A DNA stretch of 64,000 nucleotides from NCBI GenBank assembly GCA_963717935.1, contig CAVQXP010000004.1, positions 704,001 to 768,000 of the forward strand. The letters are read 5' to 3'. The notes under the pieces were generated by a model. The model was not told the DNA's origin and made no database searches. It worked only from the letters and a program-made list of their open reading frames with translations. Both the position numbers and the translations under genes were made by a program. Positions 9,913 through 19,852 of the stretch are shown here, piece after piece. This DNA comes from Candidatus Eiseniibacteriota bacterium. GTDB taxonomy: Bacteria; Eisenbacteria; RBG-16-71-46. The number at the start of each line of letters is the position of its first letter. The stretch's first letter is position 1.

Positions 9913-10755
9913 TCAGACCACTTCGAGCGCCGGCGCCCGCTCGATGGCCCCGGCCGCCCGCGCCCGCTCGTAGAGCCGCGCCAGCGCCCGCCGGCCCAGT
10001 TCGCCCATGTCGAGCGTCAGGTCGTTCACGTACATGTGGACGAACTTCCTGCCCTGCCCGGCGTCGAGGCCGCGCCCGAACCGCAGGGCGTACTCGAGGG
10101 CCTCGTCCTCGTGGTCGAGCGCGGCCTGGATGGAGGCGCGGAAGCCGACGCTCACCGCGCGCATGAGCCCGGGCCCCAGGTCGCGGCGCACCACGTCGAG
10201 CCCGAGCGGCACGGGCAGCCCGTCGCGCTCCTGCCACAGCTCGCCGAAGTCGAGGACCTTCACGAGCCCCTCGTCGCGGTAGGTCAACTGGCTCTCGTGG
10301 ATGATCACGCCGGCCTCGACCTCGCCCGCGACGACCGCGGCGGGGATGCGGTCGAACAGGACGTCCACGGGCACGCAATCCGGGCACTCGCAGCGCAGCA
10401 GCAGCGCCGCCGTGGTGAGCGGCCCGGGGATGGCGACGCGCCGGCCGCGCAGCGACTCGAGCGTGCGCGGCTCCCGCGCCACGACCACGGGTCCGACGCC
10501 GCGACCCATCGAGGCGCCGCAGGCGAGCACGGCGTAGCGCTCGGCGAGGAAGGTGTAGGCGTGCGCCGAGACGGCGGTGATCTCGAGGTCGCCGCGCTCG
10601 AGCGCCCGGCGGTTGAGGCTCTGGATGTCCTCGAGCACGTGCTCGACCCGGCAGCCCTCGACCGCGGCGAGCCCGGCGTGGAAGCCGTAGAACATGTAGG
10701 CGTCGTCGGCGTCCGGGCTGTGCCCGAAGCGCAGGGTGCGCGGTGCGGCGCTCAG
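9913..10755 (-). CDS. mqnD: 1,4-dihydroxy-6-naphthoate synthase (futalosine menaquinone pathway)
   Basis: 'GHSPDADDAYMFY', 'DIQSLN', 'GASMGRGVGP', 'IIHESQLTY', 'MYVNDLT'; start appears to be CTG overlapping the hflX stop. Confidence 0.85.
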   Translation of the reverse strand: MSAAPRTLRFGHSPDADDAYMFYGFHAGLAAVEGCRVEHVLEDIQSLNRRALERGDLEITAVSAHAYTFLAERYAVLACGASMGRGVGPVVVAREPRTLESLRGRRVAIPGPLTTAALLLRCECPDCVPVDVLFDRIPAAVVAGEVEAGVIIHESQLTYRDEGLVKVLDFGELWQERDGLPVPLGLDVVRRDLGPGLMRAVSVGFRASIQAALDHEDEALEYALRFGRGLDAGQGRKFVHMYVNDLTLDMGELGRRALARLYERARAAGAIERAPALEVV

Positions 10756-11909
10756 GACGACCTCCCGGCGCCGCGGGCGGCGGCGGCCGGCCGGTGGCCC
10801 GCGGCGAGCCCGGCGGCCTGCTCCCAGATGAGGGCGCGCAGCGAGTCGAGCCCGGCGCCGGTCTTGGCCGAGACCAGGAGCGCGTCGGGGTACTGGGCTT
10901 CGAGCCCCGCGACCGCGTCCTCGTCCGCCACCAGGTCGAGCTTGTTGAAGACCAGCACGGTGGGCCGCGGCTCCCCGAGCAGTTCCTCGAGCACGGCCTC
11001 GACCGCCTCCATCTGCCGCAGGATGTCCGGGTCGGCGGCGTCCACCACGTGGATCAGCAGGTCGGCCTCGACCGCCTCGACCAGCGTGCTGTGGAACGAG
11101 GCCACCAGGTGGTGCGGCAGCTTGCGGATGAAGCCCACCGTGTCGGTGAGCAGCGCCAGGTGCCGCTCGGGGCTCACCATCTGCCGCGTGGTGGCGTCGA
11201 GCGTGGCGAAGAGCCGGTCCTCGACGAACACCTCGGAGCGCGTGAGCGCGTTGAAGAGCGTGCTCTTGCCGGCGTTGGTGTAGCCCACGAGCGCGGCGCG
11301 GAAGTGGTCGCGCCGCCGGCGCCGCTGGGTCTCCCGTTCGCGCTCGACGCTCTCGAGCGCGAGCTTCAGGCGCGCGATCTTCTCGCGCACGATGCGGCGG
11401 TCGGTCTCGAGCTGGGTCTCGCCCGGGCCGCGCACGCCGATGCCGCCGGCCTGGCGCTCGAGGTGCTTCCACATGCCGGTCAGCCGCGGCAGCGTGTACT
11501 GCAGCTGCGCGAGCTCCACCTGCAGGCGCGACTCCCGCGAGCGGGCGCGGCGCGCGAAGATGTCGAGGATCAGCTCGGAGCGGTCCACGACCTTCGCCTC
11601 CAGCTCCTTCTCGAGGTTGCGCACCTGCGAGGGCGAGAGGTCGTCGTTGAACAGGACCAGGTCGGCCTCGAGCTCTGCGACCAGGGCCTTGAGGTCCGCC
11701 AGCTTGCCCTTGCCCAGGAAGGTGGGTGGGTGCACGCCGCCGCGTCGCTGCACCAGCTCGCCCAGCACGCGCGCGCCGGCGGTGTCGGCGAGCCGGCGCA
11801 GTTCCTCGAGCGAACGCGGCAGGTCACGGCCGTCACGGCCGGCGTGCCCCACCAGCACGGCGCGCTCGGCCTTCGGCGGGTTCGCGACTTCGTGCGTGCG
11901 CGGCTTCAC
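10752..11909 (-). CDS. hflX: GTPase HflX
   Basis: 'ELRRLADTAG', 'GPGETQLETDRR', 'GYTNAGKST', 'LFATLD', 'DTVGF', 'NKLD'; GTG start overlaps the upstream TGA. Confidence 0.96.
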   Translation of the reverse strand: MKPRTHEVANPPKAERAVLVGHAGRDGRDLPRSLEELRRLADTAGARVLGELVQRRGGVHPPTFLGKGKLADLKALVAELEADLVLFNDDLSPSQVRNLEKELEAKVVDRSELILDIFARRARSRESRLQVELAQLQYTLPRLTGMWKHLERQAGGIGVRGPGETQLETDRRIVREKIARLKLALESVERERETQRRRRRDHFRAALVGYTNAGKSTLFNALTRSEVFVEDRLFATLDATTRQMVSPERHLALLTDTVGFIRKLPHHLVASFHSTLVEAVEADLLIHVVDAADPDILRQMEAVEAVLEELLGEPRPTVLVFNKLDLVADEDAVAGLEAQYPDALLVSAKTGAGLDSLRALIWEQAAGLAAGHRPAAAARGAGRSS

Positions 11910-13154
11910 CCGCGGGGCTCGATCTCGAGGTCGCAGGGGAAGGGCGTCAGGTCCTCGACCGTGCCGTCGGGGCGGATGTAGACCAGGTCCTCGATCCGGC
12001 AGCCCATGTCGCGCTCGGGGTAGTAGAGCCCCGGCTCGACCGTGACCACCATGCCGGGCTCGAGGATCACGGTGTTGGTGGCGGGGCCGCCCAGCAGCGG
12101 CGGGTCGTGCACCGACAGGCCGACGCCGTGGCCGAGGTTGTGCACGTAGCCCTCCTGCGTGGCCTCGTTGACGCGCCGCGTGACGTGCCCGTGCTTCTCG
12201 TAGATGTCGCAGGCGAGGTCCTGGAACGAGCGGCAGGGCTTGCCGGCGGTGAGCGCGGCCTTCGCGGCGATGAAGGCCTCGCGCGTGTGAGCGTAGATCT
12301 CCTTCAGCGGCGCGGGCGCGGGCCCCATGCAGAAGGTGCGCGTCATGTCGGAGTGGTAGCCGCCGCCGGCCTCGCCCGGGAAGATGTCCACGATGAGCGA
12401 CCGGCCGGCGGTGAGCGGCTCGTCGTCGTCGCCGCGGTTGTGCGGCACGCCGGCGTCGCGGCCCTGCGAGACGATGCTGTCGCCCTGGTCCTCGGCGAGC
12501 CCGTGCTCGAGGAACTCGCGGTGCAGCACGCGGCGCAGGTCGCCGAGCTTCACCGGACCGGCCCCGTCGGCGCGGAAGTGCTCGCCGTCGCGCTGGAGCG
12601 ACGAGAGGAAGTCGCGCAGCCGGCCCATGGCGGCCACGGTGCCGCGCGCGGCGCGGCGGATGGCCTCGACCTCGTCGGGGTCCTTGGTGGCGCGCGCCTG
12701 CAGCATCAGGTCGGGATGGCCCGAGTCCACGGAGAGCGCCGGGTTCGCCTCGAGCATGCGCAGCACGAGCGCGTGGGCGAAGCCGGCCGGCAGATCGCCG
12801 AACAGGCCGATGCGGCCCTGCGATCGCCAGCGTGGCGCAACTCTCGCCGATGAGCCGGCCGAAGGCGCGCGCCGGGTGCCCGCCCTCCTCGGTGAGGATG
12901 CGCGGGAGGGCGTGCTGCGGGAAGCCGGAGTGGTCACAGCCCACCGCCGCCGCCTGGTCGCGCTCCATCGGGTCGTGGATGAGGTGTGCGCGTGCCGGGT
13001 CGCCCTCGGCGGCGCCGGGGGCGCGCAGGTAGATTCCGTAGTGGAGCTTCTGTCCGGTGACGTAGTGCATGGCCGGGCTGTAGCGGTCGTAGGCGAAGAC
13101 CACCATGCCGGCCAGTCCGCGCTCCCGCATGAGTCGGTCGAGATCCCTGCGCAT
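11906..13154 (-). CDS. M24 Xaa-Pro aminopeptidase family (one apparent frameshift near 12820)
   Basis: 'DIFP...YHSDMTRT', 'HNLGHGVGL-VHD', 'TVEPGLY', 'RIED'; the N-terminal part lies in another frame. Confidence 0.88.
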
Positions 13155-13232
13155 GTGTCCTCCCGGGGCCCCAAGGGTCGGTGACCGGGCGATGCTAGTG
13201 CATCGGGTGTGGGATTGCGAAGGCGGGCGCGG

Positions 13233-13923
13233 CTATGCCACCCGGGCCCGCGAGCGGCGCGTGACGACGAAGACCCGCATCACGAGCAGGCCGGCGAAGA
13301 AGCCGCCGACGTGCGCCCAGAAGGCGATCCCGCCGCTGCCCGAGGCGCCGAGCGCGCCGAGGCCCAGCACGAACTGGAACAGGAACCAGAGGCCGAGCAC
13401 GAAGAAGGCGGGCAGCGGGACGACCCGGAAGAAGGGGAAGAGCGGCAGCAGCGTGAACACGCGCGCCCGGGGGAAGGCGCACGATGTAGGCGCCGAGCAC
13501 CGCCGCGATCGCGCCGCTGGCCCCCACCGTCGGCACCTCGGCGACCGGGCCCGTGAGGTAGTGCAGCAGCGTGGCCACCACGCCGCAGACGAGGTAGAAG
13601 ACGAGGAAGCCGGCATGGCCCAGCACGTCCTCGACGTTGTCACCGAAGATCCAGAGGTACCACAGGTTCCCGATCAGGTGGGACCAGCCGCCGTGCAGGA
13701 ACATGGAGGTGAGCACGGGGAGCACGGCGGGCAGGAGCGGCAGGTCGCCGTAGCGCACCGCCAGCGTGAGCCGCACCGGGACGAAGCCCCAGTCGAAGAG
13801 GAACGGGCGCAACTCGGGACCGAGCAGCACCTCGTAGACGAAGATGGCCAGGTTCAGCACGATGAGCGCGCGCGTGACCAGCGGCACGGTCGCGGAAGGG
13901 TTCTCGTCGCGCAGCGGGATCAA
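13233..13923 (-). CDS. Rhomboid intramembrane serine protease (frameshift near 13478)
   Basis: 'IPLRDENP', 'SMFLHGGWSHLIGN', 'GASGAI', 'AFWAHVGGF'. Confidence 0.9.
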
Positions 13924-13981
13924 GCGGGCCTCGTCTCCTGTCCGTCCGGCCCACGGAGGGAGTTCCGACGGCAACTGCCGG

Positions 13982-14010
13982 TTGACGTCTCCCGGACCTC
14001 TTCCTATCCT
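13982..14010 (+). promoter_or_regulatory. Sigma-70-type promoter for trxA
   Basis: TTGACG-17 nt-TATCCT. Confidence 0.55.
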
Positions 14011-14105
14011 GTCCGAGTCACGCATCCTGAGCGTATCCTTGGCGCCCGTTCCGGCATCCAACGGGCGTTCATCTGATTCTTTCGACTCCCGAGGAGGATT
14101 CGTCC

Positions 14106-14430
14106 ATGGGCAGCGCACTCGCCGTCACCAGTGCGAACTTCGCTACCGAGGTCCTCCAGTCGCCGTTGCCGGTGCTGGTGGACTTCTGGGCCGCATGGTG
14201 CGGGCCCTGCCGGGCCGTCGCGCCCACGGTGGAGGCGCTCGCCAGCGAGTACGCGGGCAAGCTCAAGGTGGTGAAGCTGGACGTGGACGAGTCCGGGGAC
14301 GTGGCCGGCCAGTTCGGGGTCCAGAGCATCCCGACGCTGATGCTCTTCAAGGGCGGCCAGCCGGTCGAGCGGCTCGTCGGCGCCTATCCGAAGCCGGCGA
14401 TCGTCTCCAAGATCCAGCAGTCACCTCTAG
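14106..14430 (+). CDS. trxA: Thioredoxin (an extra base near 14420 probably hides the TAG at 14428-14430)
   Basis: 'VLVDFWAAWCGPCR', 'VQSIPTL'; RBS GAGGAGG. Confidence 0.95.
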
Positions 14431-16123
14431 TCGGTCCGGACGCGCCGCAGGACGGCCCGCGCCTCATGGTGCGGGCCGTCCTGTGCGCTCCACGCCGCGG
14501 CGCTCGAGCGTCCCGTCACGCAGGCGGAACAGTGCCGCGAAGCACGCCCGGCAGCGCCTCGATGACGTCGCTGGCGCCGAAACCCACCGGGCCCGATGGC
14601 GCGGGCGCAGTGGTCGGCGCCCAGTCCGTGCGCGTAGACCGCGGCGCGGGCCGCGTCGTAGGGCGCGAGTCCCTGCGCCAGCAGCGCGGCCACGATGCCG
14701 GTGAGTACGTCGCCCATGCCGGCGGTGGCCATGCCGGGGTTGCCGGTGGGGTTCACGGTCGCGCGACCGTCGGGGCCCGCGATGACGGTGGGCGCGCCCT
14801 TGAGCACGAGCACGCAGCCCCACTTCATCGCCCACTCGCGGCACGCGTCCATGCGGCGCGTCTCGAGCTCGGCCGGCGCGACGCCCGTGAGCCGCGACAT
14901 CTCGCCGAGGTGCGGCGTGAGCACGCGTGCCACGCGCGCCCTTCCCTGCGGCGCGGTCGGCGAGTACGGGGCACGCGCGACGGAGAGCAACCCGGCGTGC
15001 TACTCGAGGGCGTTCAGGCCGTCCGCGTCGAGCAGCACCGGGCAGGGGCTCTCGGCCACGAGCCGGCGCGCGAGTTCCGCCGCTCCGGCGTCGCGCGAGA
15101 GCCCCGAACCCACCACCAGCGCGTCCACCGTCGGCGGCGCGCGCGAGGATGGCCCCGGCCGCGGCCGGGGAGAGCGTGCGGCCCGCGCCCTGCGGCAGGG
15201 GGAGCGTCATCTCCTCGGTGAGCTTCACCTCGAGGATGTCGTTGAGCCCCTCGGGCACCGCGCACTGCACGTAGCCCGCGCCCGAGCGGGTCGCGGCGCG
15301 CGCGGCGAGCGCCACCGCGCCGGTGAGCCCGGGCGAGCCGCCCGCGATGAGCACCCGGCCGACCGAGCCCTTGTGCGCGCGCGGATCGCGCTGCGGCAGC
15401 AGCAACGCGATCTCCTCGTCGGTGGCGAGCGTGAAGGGGAAGCCGGCGGGGTCGCCGTCGTCGGCGACCAGTCCGATGTCCACGATCTCGAGTGCGCCGG
15501 CGAAGGCACGGCCCGGGTAGAGGAAGTGCCCGCGCTTGGGGGCGCCAAAGGTCACGGTGAGGTCGGCGCGCACCGCGCGGCGCGCGATGGCGCCGGTGTC
15601 GGCGTTCACCCCGGTGGGCAGGTCCACGGCCACGATGCGCGGTGCCGCGCTCGTCCAGCTCGCGCAGCGCCTGCACGGCGGCGGCGGCGAGCCCCTCGGG
15701 TTCGCCCCGCGCGCCGGTGCCCAGCACGGCGTCCAGCGCGAAGTCCCACTGATCGCGCGCGGCGAGCAGGTGCGCAAGGTCCGCCTCGCCTTCGAGCGCC
15801 ACCGCCTCGAGCCCCGCCGCCTGCATGCGCTCGAGGTGGACGCGCGCGTCGCCGCGCACCCGTTCGAGCGGCCCCATCACGCCCACCGAGACCGCAGCGC
15901 CGTGCGCGCGCAACTGGCGCGCGGCGACGAAGCCGTCGCCACCATTGTTGCCCGGGCCCGAGAGCACCAGCACGCGCAGGCCCAGGGGCGGGCCGTAACG
16001 CCGCTCCATCGCCGCGACCACGCCCGCGCCCGCCCGTTCCATCAACTCGGCGCCGGGGACGAAGCCGCCCTCGATGGTGGCCCGGTCCAGCCGGCGCATC
16101 TCGTCCGCGGTCAGCAGCCTCAT
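14427..16123 (-). CDS. nnr: Bifunctional NAD(P)H-hydrate epimerase/dehydratase (several frameshifts)
   Basis: 'LMERAG', 'GPGNNGGDG', 'DAVLGTG', 'AVDLPTG', 'AHKGSVGRVL', 'LTPHLGE', 'LKGAPT', 'GMGDVLTG' spread over three frames. Confidence 0.93.
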
Positions 16124-16124
16124 G

Positions 16125-16919
16125 TCAGTGGACCGTGAAGGTGACGGGGGCCAGGACCCAGAAGCGGCAGGGCGCGTCCTGCCAGGCGACCGGTTTGAAG
16201 CTCCAGCTCCTCGCGCATTCGAGCGCCGCGGCGTTGAGCACCGGGATGCCGGACTTGAGCTGTGCGCGGATCACGCGACCGTCGGTGTCCACGAACGCGA
16301 GGACCCAGACGCGGCCCTGGATGCCGGCCGCCCGGGCGGCCTCGGGGTAGTCGCAGCGCGGCTCGCCCAGCAGCGTGGCCGGGGCGTAGGGGCTCTCCCT
16401 GCCGGGAACCCGCACGGCGAGGGTCTCGGGCAGCACGGGCACCGCGCCCGCGGCGGGCGGGAAGGTCAGGGCCGGGGCGCGCGCCGTGACGGGTGCCGCG
16501 GTGGCCGCGCGCGCGGACACGACCGAGGCGGTGAGGCCCGCGTCGTTCACCGCGAGATGGATGCGCGTCCGTCCGGTCCAGTCACAGACCTCCATCCTGG
16601 GCGTGGAGTTCTCGCAGCTCCGCCGGTAGCCCATGGCGGTCAGCTGGTCATGGACGTAGGCGACCTCATAGGTCGAGGCGCTGCTCACCGCGAACTCGGC
16701 CCGGGCGAGCTGCCCGCTCTCGAAGGTCAGCGTGGCGTCGCTCGTCAGGCCGAAGAAGCGGCAGCGCCCCCTGCGCTGGCCCGGCCCGGCGGCCGTGAAA
16801 CCGCGCGCGGACATCACGGTGTCGGCGAGCCCGAAGCGCAGCGTCGTGCCCGGGACGCGCACCGCGGTGTCCGCGGGTGAAGCCACCGCGAGCAGCCCGA
16901 GCAGGGCCAGGGCGAGCAC
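16125..16919 (-). CDS. Exported protein with C-terminal TonB domain
   Basis: Signal peptide; 'YPEAARAAGIQGRVWVLAFVDTDGRV...WSFKP'. Confidence 0.8.
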   Translation of the reverse strand: MLALALLGLLAVASPADTAVRVPGTTLRFGLADTVMSARGFTAAGPGQRRGRCRFFGLTSDATLTFESGQLARAEFAVSSASTYEVAYVHDQLTAMGYRRSCENSTPRMEVCDWTGRTRIHLAVNDAGLTASVVSARAATAAPVTARAPALTFPPAAGAVPVLPETLAVRVPGRESPYAPATLLGEPRCDYPEAARAAGIQGRVWVLAFVDTDGRVIRAQLKSGIPVLNAAALECARSWSFKPVAWQDAPCRFWVLAPVTFTVH

Positions 16920-16929
16920 GGCGAACCTG

Positions 16930-17271
16930 TCAGCGCCGGCGGGCGCGGCTGCGCGCTTCGGAGGTCAGGTCGCGGACCAGTTGCTTCCGGTATTCCGGGT
17001 CGCGCCCTGCGCGGTCGATCAACTCCGGGTCGGAAGAGAGGAAGGGGAGATCGAACAACGCGGGCTCGGCCTCCTGTTCGGCGTAGATGCGCTCCTGTTC
17101 GTGGCGCATGTACGAGACCGCGCGCTCCGCCGTCTCGAAGGTGCGGCCGGGCAGGAAGTCCGGGGCCACCGGGTTGAAGATGTACACGTGGAACTGACCG
17201 TCGGGACCCGCCGTACCCGCGGGAGGCTCGTGCAGCTTGACCTTCGAGGTCTTCACCTTGCCTTCAGACAT
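16930..17271 (-). CDS. Hypothetical protein (113 aa)
   Basis: RBS GGAGGA, operonic position between the HAD and TonB genes, GC3-biased codons. Confidence 0.7.
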   Translation of the reverse strand: MSEGKVKTSKVKLHEPPAGTAGPDGQFHVYIFNPVAPDFLPGRTFETAERAVSYMRHEQERIYAEQEAEPALFDLPFLSSDPELIDRAGRDPEYRKQLVRDLTSEARSRARRR

Positions 17272-18043
17272 GCGTCCTCCGGTCGGGGGCATCCGTGCCG
17301 CCGGGTCCGCCCCCGCGGATCCCGGTCGAGGGGGTCGGGCCCTGGCCCCGACGTCCCGCGCCGCCAGCGGCATTGAGCCGGTCCACGATGGCGACCAGCT
17401 CGTACACGTCGTCGATGTCGTAATCCGCGCCCGACTCCACCGTGCCGAAGGTGTCGCCGTAGCGCGCGAACACGGTCTTCATCCCCAGGCTGCGGCCGCC
17501 CACCACGTCGCGCTCGGGCCAGTCGCCCACCATCAGCGATTCACCGGGCTCGACCGCGAGCCGGCCCAGGATCTCGCGGAACGGCGCCGGATCGGGCTTG
17601 CGCACCTTCGTGTCGTCGTAGGTCACCACCGCGTCGAAGACATGCTGGAGCGCGAGCGAGCAGAGCCTCTGCCAGACCTGGGCGCGCGGCGCGTCGGAGA
17701 CCACGCCGAGCTTGATGCCCCGCTTGGCCAGTTCGAGGAGCGTGAGCTGGACCTTGGGGTAGAGCACCATGGCCGAGCGCGCCTTGCGGTAGGCCACGAT
17801 GCCCGAGGCGTGGATCTTGGGGTCGATGTGACCCAGCTCCAGGACCAGCAGCTCGTCGAAGACGCGCTGGTACTCGAGCCCCTTCTCCTTGTAGATGGCG
17901 TCGATCCGGACCTGCAGCTCGGTGCGCGGCCGCTTCAGCCCGGCATCGATCATGCCGTCGATGCCCGCGCTCACCGCGTCCGCCTTCATCTTCATGAAGT
18001 CGGTGAGCGTGTTGTCGAGGTCGAAGATGATGGCGTGGATCAA
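17264..18043 (-). CDS. HAD-superfamily hydrolase
   Basis: 'IIFDLDNTL', 'VVSD', 'RKP', 'VGDWPERD' (motifs I-IV). Confidence 0.92.
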   Translation of the reverse strand: MIHAIIFDLDNTLTDFMKMKADAVSAGIDGMIDAGLKRPRTELQVRIDAIYKEKGLEYQRVFDELLVLELGHIDPKIHASGIVAYRKARSAMVLYPKVQLTLLELAKRGIKLGVVSDAPRAQVWQRLCSLALQHVFDAVVTYDDTKVRKPDPAPFREILGRLAVEPGESLMVGDWPERDVVGGRSLGMKTVFARYGDTFGTVESGADYDIDDVYELVAIVDRLNAAGGAGRRGQGPTPSTGIRGGGPGGTDAPDRRTHV

Positions 18044-18056
18044 GGGGTCTCGGCGC

Positions 18057-18248
18057 TCACTTGCTCGAGGGACCGATCATGCGGCCGAGGCTGATCTCGC
18101 CGTTGTCGATGCGGACGTTGAAGCCGCACGCCGGGTTGCTGCAGACCCAGGCCTTGTAGGTGATCGGCGCCCCGTCGCGGCCGTAGTCGGAGAGTGGCAG
18201 CAGCACGCCGTCGTTGCACTTGCGGCACTCGGGGAAGTTCAGCTCCAT
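18057..18248 (-). CDS. Small 63-aa putative Zn-finger protein
   Basis: Strong RBS GGAGGAGG; CRKC...CSNPAC. Confidence 0.8.
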   Translation of the reverse strand: MELNFPECRKCNDGVLLPLSDYGRDGAPITYKAWVCSNPACGFNVRIDNGEISLGRMIGPSSK

Positions 18249-18300
18249 CCCGGCCTCCTCCCTGCGAAAGACCCCACCCGCACGAACATGCCAGGCGGCC

Positions 18301-18331
18301 ATTGTAGGCGACGGCGAGCGAGCCGTGTCAA
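18301..18331 (-). promoter_or_regulatory. Sigma-70-type promoter for the Zn-finger/HAD/TonB/nnr operon
   Basis: Minus strand TTGACA-19 nt-TACAAT. Confidence 0.5.
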
Positions 18332-18625
18332 ACGATTTTGGGCGCCCACCCAGCCCTGCGAATGGATCCCGGTCGCGAGCGGCCAGATCGTGGCATTGCC
18401 GGCCGCCACGTGGTCCCGGAGTCTCAGGGTCCCTCCTGAGAGTCGGCGTGGGACTCTGCGATGCGCGAGGCCGATCCAGTGAGCCGGCCGGGTTCCGGCA
18501 AAGTGGCCGGGCCGCCGGTCCCGCGCGCCATTCTTTGCCAGCCGTGGACAGGCGCCGGTCGTTTCGGACTTGACGGCGCGAGGGCAGATGCCGTTCTACT
18601 TCTTCTCATGTACCATCCCGGACCC

Positions 18626-19850
18626 ATGGATACGCGACCCGGCAGCCTCCGCTTCGTGCGGCGTCTCGCGGCGCTCGCCCTGTTCTTCTCGTTCACCCTC
18701 GCTCCGACGGTCCGGGCCCAGACGGTAGTCCACGTCCCGGCCGCCCGCGAGGCGTCCCCCGTCGCGAGCCCTCCCGATGCGGACTCCGTCTCCACCTGGG
18801 CGTCCCAGGCGAAGGCGGGCTTCCGGTCCAACCCGGGTGACAGCGCGGGCGGCGAGAACTACCGGCCGTACGAGAAGGTCGGCCTCATCGGCCGGCGCCT
18901 GCTGCGCTCGCTCGGGCGCGGGAGCCTGCTGCAGGCGCATGCCATCAAGCCGGTGCTCGACTCGCTGGGGTTCGTCACCGAGGTGGCCACCGACCCGGCC
19001 TCACCCAACTTCGCGCTGCTCATGGTGCGCAACCCCGCCCGCCACACCGCCGAGGCAGTGGGGTTCCTCTACTGGTACAAGGGTGACGACCTGCGCATCC
19101 AGGGCGCGCTCTTCAAGGGCGGCTACCACCCGCGCATCCGCGTGTGGCGGACGGGCAAACCCGAGTACCCCTTCGAATGGGGCATCCTCGACGAGACGCA
19201 CGCCGGGATGCTGGGCCTCACCATGCTGAGGCTGAGCCCGGGTGGCACGGTCTGGGGCATCCAGCAGGACGAGGAGCGCTTTCCCCTGCTGGGCGAGCCG
19301 GGTGAGGGGGCCTGGCTGGACCTCAATCAGGACGGTTCTCCCGAGCTCGTGAGCTGGACGCGCGCCGCGACCGACTCGCTCTTCACCGAATGCCCGGGCT
19401 GTCCGAAGCTGCTCACCGAACGCACGTTCGTCGAGGGCGGGCAGGGCTTCGAGTTGCAGGACGAGCGCCTGCTCCCCACGCCCTACGCCACGCTGGTCTA
19501 CTTCGTGCGGCTGCTGATCGACGGCAGGCTTGCGGAGGCCGAGAAGTTGGTCCGCGACCCGGCCAAGGTGCGAGAGGCCGTGGCGCTGGGCTGGAACCAG
19601 CGCCACGGTCCGCAAGCCCTGGTTCGTGGAGCGCGGCGAGAGCGGCGAGACCTGGCCGCGCCGGCTGGCGCTGCGCTTCGAGGGCCCGAACGGCGTGAAG
19701 CGTTACGGCGTGATCTTCGCGATGCGCGAGGGCCACTGGATCATCGACAACTGGTTCGAGCCCCGGGAGATCAACCGGCGCTACCCATCCGCGACCATGC
19801 CGCCCGCCACGCCGGCGAAGCCGCCCGCCTCCCCCCCGAAGACGAGGTGA
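18626..19850 (+). CDS. Exported hypothetical protein with ECxxCP motif (frameshift near 19600)
   Basis: Signal 'ALALFFSFTLAPTVRA|Q'; 'DLNQDGSPE'; 'FTECPGCP'; C-terminus continues in ORF 19530-19850. Confidence 0.75.
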
Positions 19851-19852
19851 CC

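Noticed and set aside
10752..13154. 800-aa peptidase-HflX fusion in the ORF track
   Set aside because: An indel near 12820 shifts the peptidase into the hflX frame through nonsense sequence; hflX has its own GTG at 11909
14106..15221. 371-aa extended thioredoxin
   Set aside because: The extension is antisense to nnr; one extra base hides the stop at 14428-14430
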